This document shows positions 25,101 through 37,547 of a stretch of 64,000 nt of DNA, piece by piece; the first letter of the stretch is position 1; every line of letters begins with the position of its first letter. A program made the translations under genes and the position numbers. The stretch covers positions 1 to 64,000 of the forward strand of contig NIVC01002367.1 of assembly GCA_002269645.1 (NCBI GenBank). The letters are read 5' to 3'. A model generated the notes under the pieces. It saw only the letters and a list, made by a program, of their open reading frames with translations. It was not told the origin of the DNA and searched no databases. Origin of the DNA: Macrostomum lignano (taxonomy: Eukaryota).

Positions 25101-25347
25101 GTCAAGGCCAAGACAGAGATCGGTGCGTCCCATGTCTCTGCTGCCGACTCCACCGCCTACGACCAGGTATCAGCAGCAGCAGCAGCAATATGATTACAGT
25201 CCTGCTCGCATTGCAACCCGACCAAGCGTGTTCTCTCGTCTGGGACCGCCGCCAAGTGAAGGCGACAGTAATTATCCTATTGTCATTGACGACTCCCATG
25301 ACAACAATTATCATAGGCGGCGGCACTGGCGTGCAAGCATTTGGTAG
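22121..25347 (+). CDS. Candidate 3-exon orphan gene (22121-22570, ~23903-24238, 24814-25347): degenerate RRM-like region(s) plus disordered acidic/RS-rich tail
   Basis: Phase-0 donors CAG|GTGAGG (22570) and GAG|GTACGC (24238); acceptor ttctttgtacag (24813); the exon 2 acceptor is uncertain. Confidence 0.5.
22700..23700. repeat. 24/26-bp satellite (gggaagagactgagaagtagacatat); the left ~280 bp is a degenerate inverted copy
   Basis: Tandem periodicity; orientation switch near 22985. Confidence 0.93.
24405..24722. repeat. 25-bp satellite (tcaaatcgtttcttagaattggcca)
   Basis: Tandem periodicity. Confidence 0.95.
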
Positions 25348-25699
25348 TCAACTATTTATACACTTCTAAAAACTAATTGGCGTTATTTTTTCATTGCAAC
25401 AGACACCAATTTGTTAATTATTCATTGTTAATGATGTTTTTCTAATTAAGCGCTGTAAAGAAAAAAATTTTTTCAACAAATCGAGGTCGAGCCATATTTT
25501 TGTAATTATTGTAGCCTTTGTTAATAAATGCAGCCTTTAATAAATGTGAAATCTGTATTTTTGTAGCAAACTAATCATTATAAAACTTCCACTTGGTCTA
25601 GGGGGTCGGCAAACTAAGGCCCGCCAAGCCTATCTATCTGGCCCCAGGGTCTTTTGAACCTTCACTAGAGCAATCCAGCCCGCTCAAGGTTGGTGTCTC

Positions 25700-26420
25700 T
25701 CTTCAGCTCTCTTCTCTCCTCTCCTCCTCTCCTCCTCCTCTCGCTCCTTTCCTCTCCTCTCCCCTCCTCTCCTCCTCTCCTCCCCTCCTCTCTCCTTTCC
25801 TCTCCTCTCCTCTCCTCTCCTCCTCTCCTCTCCTCCTCTCCTTTCCTCTCTCCTTTCCTCTCCCCTCTCCTTTCCTCTCCCTCCTCTCCTCCTCTCCTCT
25901 CCTCTCCTCTCCTCTCCTCCTCTCCTCTCTCCTTTCCTCTCCTCTCTCCTCCTCTCCTCCTCTCCTCTCCTCCTCTCCTTTCCTCTCCTCTCCCTCCTCT
26001 CCTCCTCTCCTCTCCTCTCCTCTCCTCTCCTCCTCTCCTCCTCTCTTCTCCTCCTCTCCTCTTCTCCTCCTCTCCTCTCCTCTCCTCCTCTCCTCCTCTC
26101 CTCCTCTCCTCTCCTCCTCTCCTCCTCTCCTCCTCTCTTCTCCTCCTCTCCTCCTTTCCTCTCCTCCTCTCCTCTCCTCCTCTCCTCCTCTCCTCTCCTC
26201 CCCTCCTCCTCTCCTCTCTCCTTTCCTCTCCTCTCCTCTCCTCCTCTCCTCTCCTCTCCTCCTCTCCTCTCCTCCTCTCCTCTCCTCCTCTCCTCTCCTC
26301 CTCTCCTCTCTCCTTTCCTCTCCTCTCCCCTCCTCTCCTCTCCTCTCCCCTCCTCTCCTCTCTCGTCTCCCCTCCTCTTCTCTTCTCTTCCATTCTCTCC
26401 TCTCTCCCCTATTCTTTCTT
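25700..26420. repeat. Polypyrimidine (CTCCT/CT) microsatellite
   Basis: Composition; all overlapping ORFs are low complexity. Confidence 0.97.
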
Positions 26421-26801
26421 CTCTCCCTTGTTCACTCCTCTCTCCCCCCTCTGGTCCGCAATCATACGCTATATTCTCCATCTGGCCCTGAAGATAGAGT
26501 TTTGCCAGCCCCTGACTTAGCCGATTACATATAAATGGCATTTTTAACAAAAATAGTTTTACACTCAAGTAGTTATTTTATATTATTTTCTCTGTTTTTG
26601 AAAAGCCACGTTTCAATAATATTATACCGCTTACTCCATAATGAAGTCTGTTGTTAGCATCTGCAGTCTTAAATATTTGTCTTACCATACCAGTTTTTTT
26701 CTACTTTTTATACTTGCTAGCCTTAATACACACATCTACTGTTGCTAATGATTTTTATTTTGTTTGTTTGTTCGTTCATTATATCCGCTATTCGTTAAAT
26801 A

Positions 26802-27565
26802 GATCCCCAGTTGCTTGGCCAGGGTCAGCCTCCCAGATCCCCAGTTGCAGGGCCAGGGTCAGCCTCCCAGATCCCCAGTTGCTTAGCCAGGGTCAGCCTC
26901 CCAGATCCCCAGTTGCTGGGCCAGCCTCCCAGATCCCCAGTTGCTGGGTCAGCCTCCCAGATCCTCAGTTGCTGGGTCAGCCTCCCAGATCCTCAGTTGC
27001 TGGGTCAGCCTCCCAGATCCTCAGTTGCTGGGTCAGCCTCCCAGATTCTCAGTTGCTGGGCCAGCCTCCCAGATCCTCAGTTGCTGGTCCAGCCTCCCAG
27101 ATCCTCAGTTGCTGGGCCAGCCTCCCAGATCCCCAGTTGCTGAGCCAGCCTCCCAGATTCTCAGTTGCTGGGCCAGCCTCCCAGACCCTCAGTTGCTGGG
27201 CCAGCCTCCCAGATCCTCAGTTGCTGGGCCAGCCTCCCAGATCCCCAGTTGCTGGGCCAGCCTCCCAGATTCTCAGTTGCTGGGCCAGCCTCCCAGATCC
27301 TCAGTTGCTGGGCCAGCATCCCAGATCCTCAGTTGCTGGGCTAGCCTCCCAGATCCTCAGTTGCTGGGCCAGCCTCCCAGATCCCCAGTTGCTGGGCCAG
27401 CCTCCCAGATCCTCAGTTGCTGGGCCAGCCTCCCAGATCCTCAGTTGCTGAGCCAGCATCCCAGATCCTCAGTTGCTGGGCCAGCCTCCCAGATTCTCAG
27501 TTGCTGGGCCAGCATCCCAGAGTGTCAGTTGCTGGGCCAGCCTCCCAGATCCTCAGTTGCTGGGC
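26802..27565. repeat. 28-bp satellite (ccagcctcccagatcctcagttgctggg), array 1
   Basis: Tandem periodicity. Confidence 0.97.
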
Positions 27566-27706
27566 TACGAAGATCTCTGTTAAATGATTTGTCATTCTGC
27601 CATTTAAGCTTGTTGGTATGGTATCTATTTTAAAAAAATTTTAATTTTGTCCTAATCACCTAATAAGTTTTGTTTGTTTTCCTCACTTCCCTGAGCAGCA
27701 GTGTTG

Positions 27707-28423
27707 ATGAGCATGACTCGATCGAAATTTCGAGCCAAGAAAAAGCGCACCGACGTTCTGAAGCTGTCGCAATCCAATCAACAAATCGATACTGCATTCA
27801 ATTGCACCATCCCGTTTGCTGATGGCCAAAGCTCCGTCACTACCGCTCCCGCTGCTGCTGCAACAGGTGCTAGAAAGAAGAAAAATAATAATTTAATGTT
27901 ATCTACAAAAGCCGCCAAGAGTAGAAGGCGAAGAAAAAAGCAGAACAGGTGTCAGCCTGAGCAGCAGCAAGATGCCATGTTGCTGCCTTATTCTACGGCG
28001 CAGCATTTGCCGCTGCCGCCGATGCCGCCAATGCCGATGCTACCAGTGCTGCCTCCATTTCCTATGCCTAGTTGGAACGATTATTATTATTACTACCAAA
28101 ACTGCTACTATCATCAGTTTTATTCGTTTGTCCATCAGACTGTTACCACGCCGGCTATAGCCTCCGCCGCGGAGGCAATGTCGGGTGTTGCTGTTAACAG
28201 CTCCAACGAAGGCAACAGCAATCAGACTCGAAAACGAAAGCGTCGCAAAAGGAATCGTCGAAAAAAAGTGAAAACTTTAGCCAACTTAGAGACTGGACTC
28301 AATGTTGTTGATGACGAGATGGAACGGGATTCTAATCTGCAAGATGACGCTACTCGACAGTTGTACCTGAATGGCATGAAGATGATGCAGCAGATTTCTT
28401 CGTCCGCGTTCGATCGCTTTTGA
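27707..28423 (+). CDS. Orphan ORF, basic (NLS-like K/R runs), Pro/Met- and Tyr-rich low-complexity protein
   Basis: About 238 non-repetitive codons, preceded by a pyrimidine tract and cagcag acceptor; no recognisable domain. Confidence 0.45.
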   Translation: MSMTRSKFRAKKKRTDVLKLSQSNQQIDTAFNCTIPFADGQSSVTTAPAAAATGARKKKNNNLMLSTKAAKSRRRRKKQNRCQPEQQQDAMLLPYSTAQHLPLPPMPPMPMLPVLPPFPMPSWNDYYYYYQNCYYHQFYSFVHQTVTTPAIASAAEAMSGVAVNSSNEGNSNQTRKRKRRKRNRRKKVKTLANLETGLNVVDDEMERDSNLQDDATRQLYLNGMKMMQQISSSAFDRF

Positions 28424-28639
28424 TGTAACTGGGGCTGAGAAGTTTAAAAAAACTTGTGGTGTTTCGACTTGAGTCTCCAAAACTGCCAGACAGAACTTTT
28501 TATTAATACTAGTATAATCTTACAACTTTTTTCTAATTTCAGTTTCAGGCCTTTGTGCGTTTTCCAGTTTTCACTACTGCGGTTTTGTCTTCTTCGTACT
28601 ACTAGCGAGATTAATTGCTAAATATTCTCAATATTTCTC

Positions 28640-29570
28640 CTCCCTGATCCCAAGTTGCTGCGCCAGCCTCCCAAATGCTGAGTTGCTGGGCCAGCCTCCC
28701 AGATCCTCAGTTGCTGGACCAGCCTCCCAGATCCTCAGTTGCTGGGCCAGCCTCCCAGATCCTCAGTTGCTGGGCCAGCCTCCCAGATCCTCAGTTGCTG
28801 GGCCAGCCTCCCAGATCCTCAGTTGCTGGGCCAGCCTCCCAGATCCTCAGTTGCTGGGCCAGCCTCCCAGATCCTCAGTTGCTGGGCCAGCCTCCCAGAT
28901 CCTCAGTTGCTGTGCCACCAGCCTCCCAGATCCTCAGTTACTGTGCCACCAGCCTCTCAGATCCTCAGTTGCTGGGCCACCAGCCTCCCAGATCCTCAGT
29001 TGCTGTGCCACCAGCCTCTCAGATCCTCAGTTACTGTGCCACCAGCCTCTCAGATCCTCAGTTACTGTGCCACCAGCCTCTCAGATCCTCAGTTGCTGGG
29101 CCACCAGCCTCCCAGATCCTCAGTTACTGTGCCACCTGCCTCTCAGATCCTCAGTTGCTGTGCCACCAGCCTCCCAGATCCCCAGTTGCTGGGCCAGCCT
29201 CCCAGATCCTCAGTTGCTGGGCCACCAGCCTCCCAGATCCTCAGTTACTGTGCCACCAGCCTCTCAGATCCTCAGTTACTGTGCCACCAGCCTCTCAGAT
29301 CCTCAGTTGCTGTGCCACCAGCCTCTCAGATCCTCAGTTGCTGGGCCACCAGCCTCTCAGATCCTCAGTTACTGTGCCACCAGTCTCTCAGATCCTCAGT
29401 TGCTGGGCCACCAGCCTCCCAGATCCTTAGTTGCTGGGCCACCAGCTTCTCAAATCCTCAGTTGATGTGCCACTAGCAGCTTCCAGATCCCCAGTTACTG
29501 GGCCAGCCTCCCAGATCCTCAGTTGCTGGGCCAGCCTCCCAGGTCCCCAGTTGCTGGGCCAGCCGCCTAG
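28640..29570. repeat. Same 28-bp satellite with 31-bp variants, array 2
   Basis: Same unit and orientation as 26802-27565. Confidence 0.97.
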
Positions 29571-30779
29571 ATACCAAGCTTGGGACTTAAGAGAAATTTA
29601 TATCTGCTCCGATTTGCTACTCTTTAGTATTGCGTAATTTTCAAGTTAGCATGCATAAAATAATTTCCACAAGCGCATTTGTATCGGGCGTATTTTTTGT
29701 TTTTTATCGCTCGTTATTTAGAATCTGTTTAGTATTTTTTCGTTTAAAAAAACCAAATCCCAGTTAGGGATTCGCGCGCCCTCCATCCTTTCATTGCCAT
29801 TGGAACCAAAGTAACTGTCTCAGTTCTAGTTAAATACCGAATAATTTAAGTTTTTGTCTTCCAAAATGCCTGATAATGTTTTTTTCTGTTTTTTCTTTAA
29901 ATGATGGCTTACAATCAAGTTTTCAATTCTGTTACCGGTGAGAAGTTAAAACTTTGTTAGTCTCATCGAGTGAGATCTGTTTACCAATTATAATTATATT
30001 ATAATTAGATTGATAATATCGTCATATCGATCCACGCAGCTCCTAAGCCGCCTTCCGACAGGTGATCTTTTAATTTTGGCTCTGACTGTTTTTGTCGTTA
30101 TGTATGCCCTCTGTCGAACTTACGATGCATTAAGGATGTGCATGTTAGTGAGGTTCCGTAGTAGGGAAACGTAAGTGAATAAGGAACGACAAATACGATG
30201 ATTGCTAAGCAGTAAATTCTGCTTTCAGTAGTATAAACGCGCATGCAGTAAATTGTCTCAGCAACAACACCAGAATTTCACGCAGGGAATTATACACGTG
30301 ATTTATTATTGCAAATTAAACACCAATATGCCATGGACAATGTATTTATTATTATAATATTGCAGAAAGCGGCGATTGGCTATATTCTAAAAATGGGTGA
30401 ATATACTGGGGTAGTATCGCTTCACATGTTTAAAGAGAGACAATGCATACAAACAACATCAAGCGGTGCAAAATGTTACAAGTTGTTTTGTTTCTGGTAG
30501 AAGCTTCGATCAGTCATGATTAGTCGTTGTTATTATTAATGAGGGCATAAATAGAGCTGCTCATCGTATGTAACAAGATTGAAGAAAACAAGTGCTCATT
30601 TATAGAAATATTCAATGACTGAATCATCCATAGATAACAGAAAACTCTCTTACGATTTAATCAGTTGACAAATGATTTCATCAAGACTTTCTTAGCCAGT
30701 TCCTACAGCTGTTCATCTGCACTTGTCTCTGCTTACTCTGTTTTCTCCCTCCGTTTAGTACATGTACTCAGTCTAGTTA

Positions 30780-31020
30780 TTCTTATCTCTCTCCCTCACT
30801 GCCTTCTGATTGGCTCTTCAACCTGGCCTCTCCTCAGTGGCGTCACTCCACCCTTTCCTTATCTCTCTCCCTCGCTGCCTTCTGATTGGCTCTTCAACTT
30901 GGCCACTTTCCTCAGTTTGCGCGCACTCCAGCTCTTATTATCTTATCTCTCTCCCATATTTAACGCTGTCTTCTGATTGGCTTTTCAATCTCGATTCTTA
31001 ATCAGTCGAATCAATCAGTC
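30780..31020. promoter_or_regulatory. Three diverged ~65-70-bp repeats each carrying an inverted CCAAT box (ctgattggc), next to a CpG-rich segment
   Basis: ttatctctctccc...ttctgattggct..tcaa repeated three times; further CCAAT words at 31020-31490. Confidence 0.35.
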
Positions 31021-31582
31021 AATAACCCTGCCGCCTAACCACAGCAACGTGGGTAACTCGCCAATGCTGCTTGGATTTGTCTTTACCACAACCTGCCTGC
31101 AGCCATCCCGTCATGCTGTAGCCTTGCTGGAAGTCTTCCTCGGAAACTCGACTGGTCAAACTCAGCAGGAAATCTCGCTGCTGCGACTGTCCTTTGCTGC
31201 TTGCTAAGTCCCCGTGTCCAGCGGGCGAAGCCGATTTCTTACTGAACCGCCCGCTAACGCTGAAGTTGCAGGCAGCCGTTCCGCCAGACTGCGCCGCGCG
31301 GGCCCAGCAGGATCTTCGGGCACGGCCGCCGCTGCTGAACTCCGTCACCCGACAGAGCGCCGCTCCAGCCAGCCAGGGCAGCGGAAAGCTCAGCAGCCAA
31401 TGGCAGTTGGAGCTGGGAGCGCCGCAGGCGTCGTCGGCGTGCAAAGCTACTCTGATTGGCTGGCCAGCTGAGGCTTGCCGACCAATCAGCTTCTTGCACT
31501 TGGCGCCGACACTTTCGTAGTGAAGCAGTTGGACCATGGTTTGATGCGGGATGCTGGAGTGGTTGCGGGTAACAAGCTTAGT

Positions 31583-31590
31583 GTCCGTCC

Positions 31591-31637
<47 letters not shown>

Positions 31638-31779
31638 CTGTCTGTCTGTCTGTCTGCCTGCCTTTCTGTCTCTGTCTGTGTCCGTCTATCTGTCTGCCTA
31701 TCTCACTTGTTTCCATCTATATGTCTGTATATGGGCCTGGTTTGTCTGTCTGTCTGTCTGTCCTTCTGTCCTGTCTGCC

Positions 31780-31814
<35 letters not shown>

Positions 31815-31872
31815 GTCCGTCTATCTGTCTGCCTATCTCACTTGTTTTCATCTATATGTCTGTATATGGGCC

Positions 31873-31927
<55 letters not shown>

Positions 31928-32115
31928 GTCCGTCTATCTGTCTGCCTATCTCACTTGTTTCCATTTATGTCTGTATATGGGCCTGTCTGTCTGTCTATCT
32001 TTCTGTCTGTCTGTCTGTCTGTCTCTCTATCTGTCTGCCTGTCTCACTTAGTTTCCATCTGTATGTCTGTATATGGGCCTGTCTTTCTGTCTGTGTCTGC
32101 CTGTGTATGTCTGTC
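31583..32115. repeat. (TCTG)n-based compound microsatellite
   Basis: Direct. Confidence 0.95.
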
Positions 32116-32694
32116 GGCCTACTTGTCTTAGTGTCGGTCTGTCTGCCTGGAAAGTTAAAAATGAAAAAAACACAGAAAGAAAGGTATGTCTTCAGATAAA
32201 AGCAGAACTTACCTTACCGAATTCTGCTATCGGGAGAATTCCAGCTCAGTGATACATGAAACTGCAGTGGCTTCTACGTCAAACGAAGTCCAACCAATTA
32301 GCTATATATAAGAGCTATGAAGCCGCGATAAGGAAAATTGAAAAATGGCGCGGATTAACTCGGATTACTGACTATGCCTACGGATACGCCAAACCAAAGC
32401 CCTAATATACATGCAGGCCTAAGAGGCTGCAGCAGTGAGCCGCTTCTCTCCATCAGACAGAAAGAAACTCTGTCCGAACTTCGAATCTCTTTCTGGCCAA
32501 TGCTCATTGGCTGACTTGGTCAACCAGAGTACTACTTGATCTTGCCACCGGGTCAAGAGGCTTTCGACGAGGCAAGGCTATAAGGTCGATTCCAGATGCC
32601 TGAGGGTCAACTCGATACATGCAATTGTTCGACCTGCTTTTTCTTTGCATCAAGGCATCAGTTTATCAAGCTTGCTTTCCTTTAATGTGGTTGT

Positions 32695-33880
32695 CTTGTC
32701 TCCCCCTCTCCTGTCTCCCTCCCCCCTCTCCTGTCTCCCTCTTCTGTCTCCCTCCCCCCTCTCCTGTCTCCCTCTCCTGTCTCCCTCTCCTGTCCCCCTC
32801 TCCTGTCTCCCTCTCCTGTCTCCCTCTTCTGTCTCCCTCTCCTGTCTCCCTCTCCTGTCTCCCTCTCCTGTCTCCCTCTCCTGTCTCCCTCTCCTGTCTC
32901 CCTCTTCTGTCTCCCTCTCCTGTCTCCCTCTCCTGTCTCCCTCTTCTGTCTCCCTCTTCTGTCTCCCTCCCCCCTCTCCTGTCTCCCTCCCCCTCTCCTG
33001 TCTCCCTCTTCTGTCTCCCTCTCCTGTCTCCCTCCCCCTCTCCTGTCTCCCTCCCCCCTCTGCCTCCCTCTCCCTCTCTCCTGTCTCTCTCTCCCTCTAT
33101 CCTATTTCCCTCTCCCTCTCTCCTGTCTCCCTCTCCTTCTCTCATGTCTCTTTCCCTCTCTCCTGTCTCTTTCCCTCTCTCCTGTCTCCCCCTCTCCTGT
33201 CTCTTTCCCTCTCTCCTGTCTCCCCCTCTCCTGTCTCTTTCCCTCTCTCCTGTCTCTTTCCCTCTCTCCTGTCTCTTTCCCTCTCTCCTGTCTCTTTCCC
33301 TCTCTCCTGTCTCTTTCCCTCTCTCCTGTCTCTTTCCCTCTCTCCTGTCTCTTTCCCTCTCTCCTGTCTCTTTCCCTCTCTCCTGTCTCTTTCCCTCTCT
33401 CCTGTCTCTTTCCCTCTCTCCTGTCTCTTTCCCTCTCTCCTGTCTCTTTCCCTCTCTCCTGTCTCTTTCCCTCTCTCCTGTCTCTTTCCCTCTCTCCTGT
33501 CTCCCCCTCTCCTGTCTCTTTCCCTCTCTCCTGTCTCTTTCCCTCTTTCCTGTCTCTTTCCCTCTCTCCTGTCTCTTTCCCTCTCTCCTGTCTCTTTCCC
33601 TCTCTCCTGTCTCCCCCTCTCCTGTCTCTTTCCCTCTCTCCTGTCTCTTTCCCTCTCTCCTGTCTCTTTCCCTCTCTCCTGTCTCTTTCCCTCTCTCCTG
33701 TCTCTTTCCCTCTCTCCTGTCTCTTTCCCTCTCTCCTGTCTCTTTCTCTCTCTCTTGTCTCCCCCTCTCCTGTCTCTTTCCCTCTCTCCTGTCTCTTTCC
33801 CTCTCTCCTGTCTCCCCCCCTCTGCTGTATCCCCCATCTCGTGTCTCATCTTGCCTCTCTCCATTTCCTGTCTCCCTCTT
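32695..33880. repeat. Pyrimidine-rich satellite, 19-bp unit ctctcctgtctctttccct
   Basis: Direct. Confidence 0.95.
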
Positions 33881-34349
33881 CCTCTTTAGCTGTCTTCCTT
33901 ACGCTTCCGTACTATTGCATTTCCATTATTTCGATTTTTCCCACTATATAAAAATGCAGCCTTCCCAAGAAGTGGCTCCAAGACAGATAGGGGAAGCATT
34001 GGTTGAAAAGAAAATAATAATGCACTCAACGATTTATTGAACTCTTGATGAGGCGCTGATTTCTGGCTGGAAGAAATTCTGCTCAAAGCTACAACGGAAA
34101 ATCTGTCGTGGCACGAGCTGAGAAGAGAAAATTCAATTTTTTTTATTCAATATCTCGAGGGGGGCTGATGAACCAGCAGAAGACTTTACGTACCCCCGGG
34201 GCTGAGAAGGGCTTGGCAGCTCAACTGTACGAGACAGTGGGGAGTCAGTCAGACAACTTCTTGTTATGGGCTAGAGAATGTTTGGCTCAAATTTTCGGAC
34301 GGAAAATCCTACTTCGATTTTGTACTGCCATGACAATTTAACTACCACC

Positions 34350-34833
<484 letters not shown>

Positions 34834-35489
34834 CTTCCTTATTATCGAGTTTCCACATTAGTCAGACACAATCTGACGTGCCCAGCACAGCTTAAATTCT
34901 TCTATAGAAAGCACTCAATGCTTTTCGCTGTCAACTTCATTTTTAACAACAAGAAACATTCGAAGCAGAAGTGATGTCTCTTCTTGGAATTTTAGCCATT
35001 CCAACAGACTACAAGCACGCAGACACTAGATTTGGTCACTGTTTCGAGTGACTCATCATCCTGGAGATTTCTCTTTGCCCCCTCCCCAGCCCCCACTCCT
35101 TACCGAGTTTCTCAACCTTGCAGTCCTGGCTTCATCTCACAGACTCACCCATGCAGTGTCCAAATGCAAATTGGCTACCAAATGGAGTTAACGCGAAAAT
35201 TGGTGACCAGGGCCATAGCGGTGCTGCCTGCCGACTGAGCGGCCGCGACTCGCTCAGGCTTCAAAATGGGATTTGCATGACTTCATCACGGTGCGCAGAG
35301 GTCATGTGAGGACATTCGGAATACAGAGGGGGGAGATACCGGGTTAGAGAGTTTCTGACACGGAAATGCTTTCTCTGCGATTCTTGAGACATTGTTGCTG
35401 AGTCTGACTGAGAGTTGCTTGTATGCTATTGCAAGTGAATAGATTGACTGCATGGGTTGAGAAATACAGAGCGATTGAGATGGAAAATA

Positions 35490-35623
35490 AGGGACAGACG
35501 GAGACAGACGGACAGACACTAAGACAAATAGACAGACGGAACAGAGAGACATACAAACAGACATTTAGACAAACTCAAAGACAGACAGACAGACAGACAC
35601 ACAGACAGACAGACAGACAGACA

Positions 35624-35687
<64 letters not shown>

Positions 35688-35705
35688 CAGACAGACAGAC
35701 AGACA

Positions 35706-35741
<36 letters not shown>

Positions 35742-35759
35742 CAGACAGACAGACAGACA

Positions 35760-35792
<33 letters not shown>

Positions 35793-35830
35793 TAGACAGA
35801 CAGCCACACAGACAGACAGACAGACAGACA

Positions 35831-35866
<36 letters not shown>

Positions 35867-35971
35867 CAGACAGACAGACAGACAACAGACAGACAGACAG
35901 ACAGACAGACATTTAGACAAACTCAAAGACAGACAGACAGACAGACACACAGACAGACAGACAGACAGACA

Positions 35972-36003
<32 letters not shown>

Positions 36004-36021
36004 CAGACAGACAGACAGACA

Positions 36022-36057
<36 letters not shown>

Positions 36058-36075
36058 CAGACAGACAGACAGACA

Positions 36076-36108
<33 letters not shown>

Positions 36109-36146
36109 TAGACAGACAGCCACACAGACAGACAGACAGACAGACA

Positions 36147-36182
<36 letters not shown>

Positions 36183-36287
36183 CAGACAGACAGACAGACA
36201 ACAGACAGACAGACAGACAGACAGACATTTAGACAAACTCAAAGACAGACAGACAGACAGACACACAGACAGACAGACAGACAGACA

Positions 36288-36319
<32 letters not shown>

Positions 36320-36337
36320 CAGACAGACAGACAGACA

Positions 36338-36373
<36 letters not shown>

Positions 36374-36391
36374 CAGACAGACAGACAGACA

Positions 36392-36424
<33 letters not shown>

Positions 36425-36462
36425 TAGACAGACAGCCACACAGACAGACAGACAGACAGACA

Positions 36463-36498
<36 letters not shown>

Positions 36499-36603
36499 CA
36501 GACAGACAGACAGACAACAGACAGACAGACAGACAGACAGACATTTAGACAAACTCAAAGACAGACAGACAGACAGACACACAGACAGACAGACAGACAG
36601 ACA

Positions 36604-36635
<32 letters not shown>

Positions 36636-36653
36636 CAGACAGACAGACAGACA

Positions 36654-36689
<36 letters not shown>

Positions 36690-36707
36690 CAGACAGACAG
36701 ACAGACA

Positions 36708-36740
<33 letters not shown>

Positions 36741-36778
36741 TAGACAGACAGCCACACAGACAGACAGACAGACAGACA

Positions 36779-36814
<36 letters not shown>

Positions 36815-36982
36815 CAGACAGACAGACAGACAACAGACAGACAGACAGACAGACAGACATTTAGACAAACTCAAAGACAGACAGACAGACAGACATTTAG
36901 ACAAACTCAAAGACAGACAGACAGACAGACATTTAGACAAACTCAAAGACAGACAGACAGACAGACATTTAGACAAACTCAA

Positions 36983-37018
<36 letters not shown>

Positions 37019-37035
37019 GGACAAAGACAGACAGA
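35490..37035. repeat. (GACA)n compound satellite with a 316-bp higher-order unit
   Basis: Marker acatttagacaaactcaaag recurs at 316-bp spacing; near-identical ORFs offset by 316 in the ORF track. Confidence 0.95.
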
Positions 37036-37547
37036 CAAGAAGGCATTAAGACAGAAAGGCTACTAAGACCCTTAGAAGAGAGTCCGAAGTGCCAGGTTTC
37101 GCATGTCTCTGCACCGCACAGATGTACCTGGTATTGGTGCACTGTAGCAGCACTTGAAGCCTGCATGCGCGGGCAACAGTTGCCCGCCTAAAATCAGTCG
37201 GATATTTTTGTTGCCAACTGCGCTACCGCCCGAACTTCGCACCTAATTTAGTCGCGCTTCAGGCATGCAATTTTTAACTAATAACAATAAACCGGCTCGA
37301 GTTGCCACTGACAACGGGAAAATTTATTTGACCAAAGCTCTAAATGTCCACGCGGCTGTTTTTGCAGCCGCTGTGTCGTTCAGCTTGGCGAGGTAGCAAT
37401 TAGCAAGAAAAAGTAAAAAGCTGCCTCATTGACTTTTCTTTCGCTGCATGACCAGATAATGACTGTACAGAAATGTGGTTTGCAATTTTGGCCTCTTGAA
37501 AAAAAGAAACTTATAGTTGTCTAGCTGTTCTGTTCTTTCTTACCTGT

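Noticed and set aside
25665-26568. Long Glu/Arg/Gly or Leu/Ser/Pro ORFs (also 32619-34040, 34278-34895, 35423-37024)
   Set aside because: Microsatellite translations
28330-28423. Faint resemblance of the ORF C-terminus to Gemin8
   Set aside because: Only a few scattered identities; not supportable without a search
37168-37188. Perfect hairpin gcgggcaac-a-gttgcccgc as a Helitron terminator
   Set aside because: No CTRR|T at the expected distance and no linked 5' end
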